The translations under genes were made by a program, and so were the position numbers. A stretch of 64,000 bases of DNA from positions 512,001-576,000 of the forward strand of contig CAVTHO010000008.1 of the NCBI GenBank assembly GCA_963734545.1, written 5' to 3'. A model generated the notes under the pieces. That model was not told the origin of the DNA and made no database searches. It saw only the letters and a list, made by a program, of their open reading frames with translations. The stretch comes from an uncultured Spirochaetota bacterium (GTDB lineage Bacteria > Spirochaetota > Spirochaetia > SZUA-6 > Fen-1364). Positions 10,430 through 21,037 of this stretch are shown here, in pieces. Each line of letters begins with the position of its first letter. The stretch's first letter is position 1.

Positions 10430-11371
10430 GTGGATCGTCGGCGAATATTCACGCTTTGCGCGGCAGGCGTCGCGGGGCTCATTGCGATCAACGCCGGGCT
10501 CGCCGTTGCGGTCGCCGCGAGCTCGCGTCACGAGGCTTCCGCCTGGCCCGGCAAATCATTCGCCTTCTGGCGCGAACGGACCTGGAAGCACGTGGAGGGA
10601 AGAATCCGCGGCCTGCCGCCGGGAGCGCGCCTGCGTCACAGCACGATCGGCCGGCTGGGGTATCGGCAGGAATCATTCCCTGTTCACCTTCTTCGGTTTT
10701 CAGCGGCACCCCGGGAGAGGAGACCGCTGCGTGTTCTCCTGGTGGCGGGCGTGCATGGCACGGAGCCGGCGGGAGTCGAGGCGCTTATACGGATCGCCGA
10801 GGAGCTCGCCCGCGATCCGTCCCGGTTCTCGGCGGTGTCCCTGGACATCGTGCCTGTCGTCAATCCCTGGGCCTGGGTCTACGGATACCGCTACAATGGA
10901 GACGGTGAAGACGTGAACAGGGACTTCTCCTCGCGGCGGACGCGGGAAGCCCGGATCATCCGGAAGCTCTATGACGAGAACGGGCCGTATGACCTCCTCC
11001 TCGACCTTCACGAATCGAAAAAGCCCGGATATTTCATCTATCAATACGTATCGGAGGAGGAAGGCCTCGGTGGGCAGTACGTGAAGCTCCTCAGCTCGCT
11101 GGGCAGGCCGCTGGAAAACAACTACCGGGAGGGTGTGTTCAGGACAACGGGAGGAATCCTGCGAATCCCCGCCGCGTCCCTGCTCTGGATTTCCATGGGC
11201 GGCAGGCTGTCCCTCGAGCAATATGCCCGGCTGCACGGAACGCGTCATGCCTACACCGTTGAAACGCCCCTCGCGGACGATTTCGATCAGCGGGTGGAAG
11301 TGCATCGCAGGACCGCGGAAATGTTCATCTCCCGGCTGGCCGGCATTGCTTTTGCTTCCTCCTCCCGTTAG
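10430..11371 (+). CDS. M14-family zinc carboxypeptidase/deacylase-like protein
   Basis: AGVHGTE, VNPW, DVNRDF, LDLHE and YTVET motifs; N-terminal RRR plus hydrophobic stretch. Confidence 0.85.
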   Translation: MDRRRIFTLCAAGVAGLIAINAGLAVAVAASSRHEASAWPGKSFAFWRERTWKHVEGRIRGLPPGARLRHSTIGRLGYRQESFPVHLLRFSAAPRERRPLRVLLVAGVHGTEPAGVEALIRIAEELARDPSRFSAVSLDIVPVVNPWAWVYGYRYNGDGEDVNRDFSSRRTREARIIRKLYDENGPYDLLLDLHESKKPGYFIYQYVSEEEGLGGQYVKLLSSLGRPLENNYREGVFRTTGGILRIPAASLLWISMGGRLSLEQYARLHGTRHAYTVETPLADDFDQRVEVHRRTAEMFISRLAGIAFASSSR

Positions 11372-11393
11372 CTTTTTCGTGGAAGGACACCCC

Positions 11394-12656
11394 ATGAGCG
11401 CCCACACGATACTCCTGATTTTTGTCGTCTTTTTCCTGGCCGAATTCGGCTGGAACACGTTTCTCACTCTCCTCAATCTCGCGCACGTCAAGGGCCATGC
11501 AGCCGTTGTGCCCCCGGCCTTTGCAGGGACCGTGGACGCCGACACGTATGCCCGGTCCGTGTCCTACACCCTCGCGCGCGGCAGGTTCGGGCTCCTGGCC
11601 GGCAGCGTCTCTTCCGCCGTGCTTTTCGCCGCCGTCCTCACCGGGGTGCTGGGCCGCATCGACAATCTGGTCCGCCTGCTCCCTGTTCATTCCTACCTGA
11701 CGGGGATCCTGTTCATCGCGGCGATCTCGCTCCTGTTCTGGCTGCTCGCGCTGCCCTTTTCCCTGTATTCCACTTTCTCGATCGAAGCGCGATTCGGATT
11801 CAACAAGACCACCCCGAGGCTTTTCCTGGTGGATACCCTGAAGGGGTTCGCCGTTTCCGCGGTCATCGGCATCCCCGTGCTGCTCGGACTCTTCTGGTTC
11901 ATGGATCGAACGGGCAGCCTGTGGTGGATCTGGGCGTTCGGCGCAATGACCGTTTTCCAGCTTGTCATGAGCGTGCTCGGCCCGCTCGTTATCGCGCCCC
12001 TCTTCAACAAGTTCACCCCGCTTCCGGACGGTCCGCTGAAGGAGCGGATCCTGGCCCTGGCGCAGAAGCTGGGCTTCCGCACCCGGGGCATCTTCGTGGT
12101 CGACTCCAGCAAGCGCTCCCGGCACTCGAACGCCTACTTCACGGGCCTCGGCCGGGCGAAACGCATCGTTCTCTTCGATACCCTCGTCCAGTCGAGCGGC
12201 GAAGAGGAGATCGTCTCGGTGCTTGCGCATGAAATCGGGCATGAGAAACGCAACCACGTGAAGAAGGGTCTTGCGGTCTCGCTGGCCCTTTCCCTCGTCG
12301 GTTTTTTCCTGCTCAGCCTCCTCCTGCACTGGCTGCCCCTCTACCAGGCGTTCGGTTTCACGCAGCCCGGCTATCACAGCCTGCTCGTCCTCATCGCCTT
12401 CTGCTCGGGCCCCTTCTCGTTCTTTCTGCAGCCTTTGTTCTCCCTGCGCTCGCGCAGATACGAGTACGAGGCGGACAGGTTCGCCGTGCAGGGAATCGGT
12501 TCCGCGGCAGGCATGAAATCAGCCCTTCTGCGGCTGAGCAGGGACAATCTCTCCAATCTCGCTCCTCATCCCCTGTACAGCTTCTTCCACTATTCGCACC
12601 CGACGCTGGCAGAGCGCCTCGCGGCGCTGGATCGGTTCGAGAAAGCCTTGGTATGA
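11394..12656 (+). CDS. Ste24-type M48 membrane endopeptidase
   Basis: FGFNKTT, SKRSRHSNAYFTG, KRIVLFDTL, LAHEIGH, EYEADRFA, YSHPTLAERL. Confidence 0.93.
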   Translation: MSAHTILLIFVVFFLAEFGWNTFLTLLNLAHVKGHAAVVPPAFAGTVDADTYARSVSYTLARGRFGLLAGSVSSAVLFAAVLTGVLGRIDNLVRLLPVHSYLTGILFIAAISLLFWLLALPFSLYSTFSIEARFGFNKTTPRLFLVDTLKGFAVSAVIGIPVLLGLFWFMDRTGSLWWIWAFGAMTVFQLVMSVLGPLVIAPLFNKFTPLPDGPLKERILALAQKLGFRTRGIFVVDSSKRSRHSNAYFTGLGRAKRIVLFDTLVQSSGEEEIVSVLAHEIGHEKRNHVKKGLAVSLALSLVGFFLLSLLLHWLPLYQAFGFTQPGYHSLLVLIAFCSGPFSFFLQPLFSLRSRRYEYEADRFAVQGIGSAAGMKSALLRLSRDNLSNLAPHPLYSFFHYSHPTLAERLAALDRFEKALV

Positions 12657-14434
12657 AAACCGACGCCGAGAACGTGCTCTGGAACCTCGACGACCTCGTC
12701 TCTCCGCCGTTCGACGAAACCGTCGATGCGGAGCTGGCCGAGGCTGACCGCAGGATGGACGAGTTCGCTGCAAAGTACAGGGGCGCGGTTGCGCGCCTGG
12801 GCGCGTCCCGGATGCGCGGACTCCTCGAGGAATACGAAGCGATCATCGACCTGTCCGGAAGGGTGGAGAGCTTCGCGTCACTCTCCTGGGCTTCGCAGAG
12901 CAACGACCCCGCGCGCGGCGCGCTGCTGCAGAAGGTCAGGGAGCGCCATTCGCAGATGGCCCAGAAGGCCCTGTTCCTGGAGATCGAGTGGGCCAACGCC
13001 CCCGAGGAGGACGCGCAGAAGCTCATCGATGATCCCCTGCTCTCCCGCTGGCGGCACTGGCTGACCATATCCCGGCGCTACAAGCCCCACCTTCTGTCGG
13101 AGCCGGAGGAAAAAATCCTCGCGGAGAAGTCGGTGAACGGCCCGCAGGCATGGACGCGCTATTTCGACGAGACCCTTGCCTCCACGCTCTTCGAGTGGGA
13201 GGGGGAGACGGTCCCGGCGGAGGTCATCCTCCGACAGCTCTACGCGGCGAATCGCGAGGTGAGGCGGCGCGCCGCGGCAACACTGACCCGTGGTCTGCGG
13301 AGCGTTCAGCGCACCACCACCTTCGTCCTGAATACTCTCCTGGCGGAAAAATCATCGGAGGACAGGCTTCGCAGATACTCCACCTGGATTTCCGCCCGTA
13401 ATATGGAAAACCAGGTCGACGACGCGACCGTGGATGCCCTGGTGCGCGCCGTGACCTCGCGGTACGACATCGTGGCGCGTTACTATCATCTGAAGAGGCG
13501 GCTTGCCGGCCTCGACCAGCTTTTCGACTACGACCGCTATGCGCCCCTGGCGGCAGTGGACAGGCGCTTCACCTGGAGTGAGGCGCGGGAGACGGTCCTC
13601 GCCGCCTACGCCCGATTCCATCCCCGCATGGCGGAGATCGCCTCCCTCTTCTTCGAAAAGGGATGGATCGATGCCGCTGTCCGTCCCGGCAAGCGCGGCG
13701 GCGCCTTCAGCAGCGCGACCGTCCCTTCGGTGCATCCCTACATTCTGCTGAACTTTCAAGGCACGACGCAGGATGTCATGACGCTTGCCCATGAGCTGGG
13801 TCACGGCGTGCACCAGTTCCTGGCCCGGGACAGGGGCGTGCTCCTGCAGAACACCCCGCTCACGACAGCGGAGACCGCCTCCGTGTTCGGTGAAACGCTG
13901 GTGTTCCAGGACCTTCTCTCACGGGAGAAGGACCCCGAGGTCGTCCTGTCCATGCTGGTGCGCGAGATAGAATCCTCGTTCGCAACGGTATTCCGCCAGG
14001 TGGCAATGAACAGGTTCGAGGAGGCCGTCCATGCCGCGCGCCGCACGGAAGGCGAGCTTGCAACGGAGCGGATTTCCCTGCTGTGGCGGGAGACCCAGCG
14101 CGCGATGTTCGCCGACAGCGTCACGCTCACCGACGACTACGGCCTCTGGTGGAGCTACGTCACGCACTTCATCCATGTGCCGGGGTACGTATACGCGTAC
14201 GCCTTCGGCGACCTCCTGGTGCGCGCCCTGTACAGCCGGTATCTCACGGAGGGAGGAGAGTTTCCCGCAAAGTATCTGCAGATGCTCAGCGCCGGCGGCT
14301 CCGACTGGCCTGTCGCCATCGTGAAGCCCCTCGGCGTGGACCTGGCCGACCCCGGCTTCTGGGCCCAGGGGCTCAGGCTGTTGGAGGAAATGGTCATTCA
14401 GGCAGAGGAGCTCGCCGGGGCCTCGGGGAGCTGA
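12653..14434 (+). CDS. pepF: M3-family oligoendopeptidase F
   Basis: WNLDDL, GKRGGAFS, HPYILLNF, TLAHELGHGVH, AETAS, HFIHVPGYVYAYAFG. Confidence 0.93.
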   Translation: MKTDAENVLWNLDDLVSPPFDETVDAELAEADRRMDEFAAKYRGAVARLGASRMRGLLEEYEAIIDLSGRVESFASLSWASQSNDPARGALLQKVRERHSQMAQKALFLEIEWANAPEEDAQKLIDDPLLSRWRHWLTISRRYKPHLLSEPEEKILAEKSVNGPQAWTRYFDETLASTLFEWEGETVPAEVILRQLYAANREVRRRAAATLTRGLRSVQRTTTFVLNTLLAEKSSEDRLRRYSTWISARNMENQVDDATVDALVRAVTSRYDIVARYYHLKRRLAGLDQLFDYDRYAPLAAVDRRFTWSEARETVLAAYARFHPRMAEIASLFFEKGWIDAAVRPGKRGGAFSSATVPSVHPYILLNFQGTTQDVMTLAHELGHGVHQFLARDRGVLLQNTPLTTAETASVFGETLVFQDLLSREKDPEVVLSMLVREIESSFATVFRQVAMNRFEEAVHAARRTEGELATERISLLWRETQRAMFADSVTLTDDYGLWWSYVTHFIHVPGYVYAYAFGDLLVRALYSRYLTEGGEFPAKYLQMLSAGGSDWPVAIVKPLGVDLADPGFWAQGLRLLEEMVIQAEELAGASGS

Positions 14435-14563
14435 CCGCCGGCCCCGCGACGGATTTTCCCGCGCCATCTTGATTTTCGCCGAAAAACAGGTAGGATAGAG
14501 GGAAAGGGTGCCGACCAGGGCAGGAGCATCTTTCGAGAGATCAAGGGATAAAGGAGCAGCAAT

Positions 14564-14842
14564 ATGGCAAGAAACTATCTGGTGTTCATCTTCGGGCTCG
14601 TCCTCCTTCTCGTGTTCAGCTTCTTCTTCTGCTACGTGGCGATCTATAACGAGAATCTCCCGGCGGGGATTGCCGCCATCGTCGGCTTCGTCGCCTCGCT
14701 CGTCATCGCGATCATCATCGGCAATGCCAGTCGCGACGAAGGCGGCGTCCTGTATATCTGGTTCTTCGTAGTCGCCGGGATCACCGCGATCATCCTGATA
14801 TGGTTCCTGTCACGCGGCGGGGTCGTGCTCAAGATCTGGTAG
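14564..14842 (+). CDS. Small 3-TM hypothetical protein
   Basis: AAGGAG RBS, 92 aa with three hydrophobic helices. Confidence 0.75.
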   Translation: MARNYLVFIFGLVLLLVFSFFFCYVAIYNENLPAGIAAIVGFVASLVIAIIIGNASRDEGGVLYIWFFVVAGITAIILIWFLSRGGVVLKIW

Positions 14843-14862
14843 GGCGCGTTTACAGAACACTG

Positions 14863-14894
14863 AAGCCCCTGGCCGTCCGGCCAGGGGCTTTTTT
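14863..14894 (+). terminator. Rho-independent terminator
   Basis: AAGCCCCTGGCC-GTCC-GGCCAGGGGCTT followed by TTTT, between convergent genes. Confidence 0.85.
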
Positions 14895-15813
14895 ATGATC
14901 CGGCACCGCTGCCCGAGGAGGCATCCCCTCCCGTGCGGACCCGGCCGAGAGTGTTCACCAGGGCCACTCCCCCCATCGCCAGAACTCCGCCGGCGATGTC
15001 GATGAGCCCCGGAGCCTCCCCCAGCCATACCCATCCGACAAGGAACGCCACGACGGGCACGGCGAACAGGAGACTGGAAGCCCGGGAAGCGGGAAGCCGG
15101 GAAAGCACGATAGCCCAGGTTGCATACGCCAGGGCGGCGGGCCCTATCCCGAGGTATACCACTGCCAGAGTGTCGGCGAGCGAAGCGTTGCGCACCTGGC
15201 CCACAAGCCCGGGAAAAAACGGGAGCAGCATGAGGGTGCCCGCCCATATCGCCCAGGTCGTGATATCGACGGGGCGATAGCGGCCCAGCATGCTCTTCTG
15301 GATGATGTTGTACGCGCTGGCCGACAGGGAAGCGAGCAGGATCAATCCCGCGCCCCAGTTCAGCCCGAATCCAGAGCCCTTCCCGAGACCGATCACCACG
15401 ACGCCGGCAAAGCTCACCCCGATGCCTGCCCATCCCCAGAGCCTGAGCCGTTCCCCGAGGAAGATGATCGCGGCAAGGGCCGTCCAGATTGGGAGGGTCT
15501 GGATAAGCACCGCGGCGGGTCCTGACGGGATTCTCAGCTCCCCGATGTTCAATGCGATGTTGTAGAACGCGAAGCCCAGCAGGCCCAGGAGAAGCACGAG
15601 CGGAACGTCGCGGAGGGCGGGCAGCCTCATTCGAGTGATCAGCGCGTACACCGAGAGCACGGCGGAGGCGGAAAGGAACCGCAGCAGCGCAAGCTGCGCG
15701 GGGGCGTACGAATGAAGACCCGCCCGGATTCCGGCAAAAGCGGAGCCCCAGAAGAGCACAGTTATCAGTGCCGCGCCGGCCACGGACAGGGTGCGGGGAA
15801 TTGCAGGTTTCAT
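14893..15813 (-). CDS. DMT/EamA-family transporter
   Basis: About 10 TM; WGSAF, LRFL, FLGERL, LGEAP. Confidence 0.9.
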   Translation of the reverse strand: MKPAIPRTLSVAGAALITVLFWGSAFAGIRAGLHSYAPAQLALLRFLSASAVLSVYALITRMRLPALRDVPLVLLLGLLGFAFYNIALNIGELRIPSGPAAVLIQTLPIWTALAAIIFLGERLRLWGWAGIGVSFAGVVVIGLGKGSGFGLNWGAGLILLASLSASAYNIIQKSMLGRYRPVDITTWAIWAGTLMLLPFFPGLVGQVRNASLADTLAVVYLGIGPAALAYATWAIVLSRLPASRASSLLFAVPVVAFLVGWVWLGEAPGLIDIAGGVLAMGGVALVNTLGRVRTGGDASSGSGAGS

Positions 15814-15871
15814 GGGATTTCCTGCCGCATTGTACACAGGACACCTGGCGCGTCAACTGCGGCAGCCGGGC

Positions 15872-16339
15872 TCACACGAGGTCGGCAAACACGGCGGCGG
15901 CGGCACGGCAGACATCGGCAGGCGCCAGGATGACCTGCATGCCGCGGGCGCCCGCATTGACGTAAATCGCCTCGTATGTCGAGGCGATCTCGTCTATCCA
16001 TGTGGGGTATTTCTTCTTCATCCCTATGGGGGAGCAGCCTCCCCGCACGTACCCTGTCAGAGGCGTGAGGTCCTTCAGATTGACCAGCTCAACCTTCCGG
16101 GAGCCGGTCGCCTTCGCCGCTTTTTTCAGATCCAGGGCCGCGGCGCCGGGAATGCAGAAGACATGAACGGCCTGTGTTTCGTCGTGAGCGACGAGCGTCT
16201 TGAACACGATGTCGGGGCTCACACCGAGCTCCCGCGCGACGCTCGGCGCGTCAATGTGCTCATCACCCACGGCATAGGTCGCGACGTCATAGGGGATTCC
16301 CATGGAGTCCAGGATGCGGAGGACATTGGTCTTCTGCAT
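15872..16339 (-). CDS. ybaK: Cys-tRNA(Pro) deacylase YbaK/EbsC
   Basis: KTNVLRILD, VFKTLV, LDLKKAA, TGYVRGGCSPIGMKK. Confidence 0.93.
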   Translation of the reverse strand: MQKTNVLRILDSMGIPYDVATYAVGDEHIDAPSVARELGVSPDIVFKTLVAHDETQAVHVFCIPGAAALDLKKAAKATGSRKVELVNLKDLTPLTGYVRGGCSPIGMKKKYPTWIDEIASTYEAIYVNAGARGMQVILAPADVCRAAAAVFADLV

Positions 16340-16384
16340 GAAACCCTCCTGACTCGATCACGCCCTATGGAGTATCCTCTTCTC

Positions 16385-16822
16385 ATGGACAGGTCAATCG
16401 ATCGCGACAAGCTTTGCTTCTGCTGCGGGGCCGACAACAAGCGGGGACTCCATCTTGCCATTTCGTATCCCGAGAAGGGAGCCGCGGAAACAAGCCTCCA
16501 GGTGCCGGAGTGGTTCTCCGGGTGGAAGCAGATGACGCATGGCGGGCTTCTCGCCACCCTGCTGGACGAAATCATGGCCCACGCCTGCGTCGGCATATCG
16601 CAGAAGGCGGTCACCGCGGAGATTACTGTCCGTTTCCAGAAGGCCGTGGAAACCGGTTCGCAGATCAGGGCCATGGGAAAAGTCGAGGAAGCGAGAGGCA
16701 GGATCCTCCTTACCCGCGGCTGGATCTACGACGCGGAGGGCACCGTCGCGGCGGAGGCAACGGCACGCTTCATTGCGACAGGCCGTATTTCGCAATCTTC
16801 AGCGCCAGCGTCTTCCTCGTAA
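16385..16822 (+). CDS. PaaI-family (hotdog) thioesterase
   Basis: CFCCGADNKRGL, HGGLLATLLDE; 3' end overlaps the convergent regulator gene. Confidence 0.88.
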   Translation: MDRSIDRDKLCFCCGADNKRGLHLAISYPEKGAAETSLQVPEWFSGWKQMTHGGLLATLLDEIMAHACVGISQKAVTAEITVRFQKAVETGSQIRAMGKVEEARGRILLTRGWIYDAEGTVAAEATARFIATGRISQSSAPASSS

Positions 16823-18158
16823 CGCAAAGCTCGCGCGCCGTCCGGGACTTGTTCCCTCCGTTGCGGGCGAGGCTCTCCGCGATCATGCGCCGCTCGAATT
16901 GCTCGATCACCGTCTCCAGCCCTTCCTTCAAAGGCGTGCCGGGGGGAGCGGAGGGAACGCCGTTCGCCCCGACCGGGACCCGCTCATCCCGCGCGGCCCC
17001 GGGGCGCGCCGGGGACAGGAAGCTCTTCTCCCCCAGGAGCACGATCTGGTTCACCGTGTTCTCCAGCTCGCGGACATTGCCCGGCCAGTCCCACGCCTGC
17101 ATCGCCGCGAGGGTCCCGGGGCTGAGCGGCGCCGGCTCTCGCGTGTAGCGCTCGCCGTACTTGGCCAGGAAATGCGCCACGAGCAGGGGGATGTCCCCCC
17201 TGCGCTCGCGCAGCGGGGTCAGGCGGAGTGACACCACGTTGATGCGGTAGAAGAGGTCCTCGCGGAATCTCCCCTCACGGATCAGGGAACCGAGGTCCTT
17301 GTTCGTCGCGGCGATCACACGGGCGTCCACGCTGATGCGCTTGACCCCCCCCAGCCTCTCGAAGCTGGCCTCCTCGATCACGCGCAGGAGCTTTGCCTGG
17401 GTCTCCAGCGACATGTCGCCGATCTCGTCGAGAAAAAGCGTGCCGCCGTCCGCCAGCTCGAACTTCCCCCTCCTCCGCTCGACCGCGCCGGTGAAAGCGC
17501 CCCGCTCGTGCCCGAACAGCTCGGAGAGCAGGAGGCTTTCGCTCAGCGCCGCGCAGTTGACGGAGATGAACTCGCCGCCCTTGCGCGTTCCCGTGAAGTG
17601 GATGTAGCGCGCAAGCACCTCCTTGCCCGTCCCGCTCTCCCCCGTGATGAGCACGGTGACCGGAGTGTTCTTCACCAGGTCCGCCGTGCCGATAAGGGCC
17701 CGGACCGAGGGATCATTCGTGACGAACTGGTGAGGAGGATAGCGCCGGGTGAGCTCGTCCCGCAGGAAGCGGTTCTCCGTGGCCAGCGCGCGCAGCGCGA
17801 GGCACCTGCGCACCGCGTCCAGCAGCTTGGCATTGTCGATGGGCTTGAGGAAGTAGTCCGCCGCGCCGCCCTTCATCGAGGTGACCGCCGTATCGATGCT
17901 GCCGAAACCGGTGATGACGATCACGATGACGTCCGGTTCCAGGCGCTTCAGCTCCCGCAGGAGGTCGATTCCCGTCTTTCCGTCGCGGAGCCTGATGTCC
18001 ACGACGGCGGCATCAACCGGGTACTTTGCCGCCTCCGCCACGGCAGCCTCGAAATCAGCCACGCTGTGCACGGTGAACCCCTCCCGGCGGAACAGGTTCT
18101 CCAGGCCGTGCCGGATGCCCTCTTCGTCGTCGACGATCAGTATGGATGCGCCCTTCAT
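16770..18158 (-). CDS. NtrC-family sigma-54-dependent response regulator
   Basis: REC domain (VDDEE, VDIRL, FLKP), GESGTGKE, ELFGHERGAFTGA, FLDEIGD, WPGNVRELEN, Fis-type HTH. Confidence 0.95.
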   Translation of the reverse strand: MKGASILIVDDEEGIRHGLENLFRREGFTVHSVADFEAAVAEAAKYPVDAAVVDIRLRDGKTGIDLLRELKRLEPDVIVIVITGFGSIDTAVTSMKGGAADYFLKPIDNAKLLDAVRRCLALRALATENRFLRDELTRRYPPHQFVTNDPSVRALIGTADLVKNTPVTVLITGESGTGKEVLARYIHFTGTRKGGEFISVNCAALSESLLLSELFGHERGAFTGAVERRRGKFELADGGTLFLDEIGDMSLETQAKLLRVIEEASFERLGGVKRISVDARVIAATNKDLGSLIREGRFREDLFYRINVVSLRLTPLRERRGDIPLLVAHFLAKYGERYTREPAPLSPGTLAAMQAWDWPGNVRELENTVNQIVLLGEKSFLSPARPGAARDERVPVGANGVPSAPPGTPLKEGLETVIEQFERRMIAESLARNGGNKSRTARELCVTRKTLALKIAKYGLSQ

Positions 18159-20273
18159 GCTGCGCCTCTGGGGTCAAGACAGGGCAGGCTCAGGGAGAAT
18201 CGCGCGCCGCGGCCCTCCCTGCTCTTCACATCGATCGCGCCGGCGTATTTCGTCACGATGCCATAGACCACCGACAGGCCCAGCCCTGTACCGGCGCCGT
18301 TGGCTTTTGTCGTGAAAAACGGGTCGAAGATCCTCGGCACGATTTCCTTGGGTATGCCGCAGCCGCTGTCCGCGACGACCAGGGAGATACGGCCGTTCGC
18401 CATGCGCGTGCTGATGAGGATCCTTCCCGGCCCGCTGATCGCGTGTACGGAGTTCTTCAGCAGGTTGATCACCACCTGCTTCAGCTCGTCGTTGCTCACC
18501 ACCGACAGCGGGAGATCCGGCGCCAGGCGGGTGTCGATGCGGATTCGCCCCTCGCGCGCAATGGAATGGCTCACGAGCCCGATCACATCCCGCACGACCC
18601 CGTTGACGTCGGAACCGGGCGCGTGACCCGAGTCCGCGGAAGCGAAGTTCAGGAGTTCCTGCACGATGCGGCCGATGCGGCGGGTCTCCTGTTCGATCCA
18701 CCGGAGGGAGACCTTGCGTTCGGAGCTCGCCTCGTCGTCGATGAGGTTCTGCACATTGGTGAGGATGGAGCTCAGGGGATTGTTGATCTCGTGGGCCATG
18801 CCGGCGGACAGCATGCTGAGGGTGGAAAGCTTCTCCGCCTGGAGGATCTTCTCCGCAAGCTCGGTCTTCTCGCTGATGTCCTCCGCCATGAACACGCAGC
18901 CCGATGCCTCCTGCAGCTCGCCCTCCGAGCTGTAGAAGGGGTAGAGCCTTATCTCGTACACTCGTCCACTCAGCGAGCGCTTGACCTCGGAGTAGAACTC
19001 CCGCTCCCGCCGGAATATCGAGAATATCTTGTCCGCGATCATTTCATCGATGACGTCGATGTCCAGGTAGGTCAAAGGGGCGCCGATGACCGCGCGCCCC
19101 CACGAGCTGGAAGGACTCGAGGAAGGCGCTGTTGACCTTCTCCACCACGAGGTCCCGATTGACAATGGCGATCCCCGCGCGGATCGAGTTGACGATCTTT
19201 TCGTTGTATTCCTTCAGGAGCAGGGTCTCGTGCAGCGCCTGCTGGATGGCGGCGCGGTTCTGCGCGAGCTCGCGGGCCATCTCGTTGAAGCTGCGGAAGA
19301 GGCGGCCGATCTCGTAGCCGCCGCGGGACCGCACCTGCGTGTCCCAGGCGCCCGTCCTTATCCGCTCCATGCCCGCCAGCAGATCCGCAATCGGGTGGGT
19401 GATGTTGCGCGAGAGGAAGAGGCTCAGCACGAGGGTGAGGAGCGCGCCCGCGAGGGAGACGAGAAGGATGGTCCTGTCGAGCACGAGAAGCCGCGCGTTG
19501 TAGGGCTCATTGGAGATGAAGGTGCCGAGGAACAGCTCGTCCCCTTCCTGCTCGTGGTCGAGCCGGCCGAGTCTCTGGAACGCGGCGTTGTAGATTTCCC
19601 TTCCCATGCGCCGATCGTAGAGTTCTCCGTACGCGCTCTGCATTGCCTTCGGGTCGAAGAAGGCGGGCGCCATGTCCGGGGAGAGCGAGGCCGACAGGAG
19701 GACCTTGTTCTTGCAAAAAGGCGACGAGGGACCTCCGGCTCGAGCGTGAGCTGGACACAGAACTCCGAGTCGATGCGTTTGAGAAGGAACACATCGGTGC
19801 GGCCTCCTCCCCGCGCGGGGAGGCCCGTCACGCCGACGAGACAGAGCGTGCCGCGCACGGAGGCGAGCTCGATGTAGGGATGAGCCCTGTCGTTTGCGAG
19901 AGACTGCAGATCGGACATGACGAGGGTGCCCGGCGATGTCTGCACCATGTCCGAAACAAGACCCGTTCGCGCTCTTGAGCGCCAGCGCGTCGACTTTCGT
20001 CACCAGGAGAAGCTCCTTGAGGGACCGCTCTCTCTCTTCGGTGCCCGGACGCGGCAGCCCGGGATCGTTCGCAATGTCGATGAGGCTCTTCCAGATCTGG
20101 CGCTTCCATGAATTGAAGCCGTCATACAGGACCGATGCCTCCTCTTCCAGCTCCCTCCGGGCGTCGTCCAGGTTCGCCCGGCGGGTGACGTTCGTAATGA
20201 GCAGGATCGTCAGGGCCGACTGGAAAACGATGACGCCGATGAAGAACAGGAGGGTCTTTCTGAAGAGCTTCAT
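18155..20273 (-). CDS. HAMP/PAS sensor histidine kinase (NtrB-like); frameshifts near 19945, 19720 and 19100
   Basis: TM-sensor-TM-HAMP in 19044..20273; [27 protein letters not shown] and GTGLGL in 18155..19165. Confidence 0.88.
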
Positions 20274-20279
20274 GGGCCC

Positions 20280-21033
20280 CTAGTGCACCACCGTTTCCGC
20301 CCCCACGATCAGGCTCACCACCTCGTCCGCGTTCGTCTGTTTGGTGATGAGCTCGGCAACCTTCTCTCCCCGGCGCATGATGATCATGCGGTCCGCCACC
20401 TGGAAGACATCGTGCATCTGGTGGCTGATCACGATGATGCCGATGCCGTGGCTCTTCAGCAGGTTGATGGTGTCGATGACTTTCCTCTGCTCCGCCACGC
20501 CGAGCGCCGCCGTGGGCTCGTCCATGATCAGGAACTTGGCGTCCCAGTAGATGGAGCGGGAGATCGCCACCGCCTGGCGCTGGCCGCCGGAGAGCGCCCG
20601 AATGCGGTTGCGCAGAGACGGGATGAGGATGTCCAGCTTTTCGAGGATCTTGCGGCTCTCCGACTGCATGTAGGCGTGATCCAGCACATTGAGGAACCCG
20701 AGCGCCTTTTTCATCTTCTCCCGGCCGAGGAAGATGTTGGCCGGCGTGTTGAGGTTCTCCGCAAGGGCGAGGTCCTGGTAGATGGTCTCGATTCCCATCG
20801 CAAGGGCATCCATCGGGGAGTCGATGGACGACCTCCTTGTCCATGAAGAAGATCTTCCCCTCCTCCGCCTTGTAGACGCCCGAGATGACCTTGATGAGCG
20901 TCGATTTTCCCGCGCCGTTGTCCCCCAGCAGACCCACCACCTCCCCGGCGCTCACGCCCATGCTCACGTTGTTCACGGCAACGAGACCCCCGAACCGTTT
21001 CGTGATGTTCTTGACCTCCAGCACGTAATCCAT
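20280..21033 (-). CDS. Monosaccharide ABC transporter ATP-binding protein, frameshift near 20825
   Basis: GDNGAGKST, IETIYQDLAL, LSGGQRQ, MDEPTAALG. Confidence 0.92.
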
Positions 21034-21037
21034 GTCG

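Noticed and set aside
16770-16822. Convergent 53-bp overlap of the thioesterase and regulator genes as antisense control
   Set aside because: Short 3' overlaps are common in compact GC-rich genomes, and there is no further evidence.
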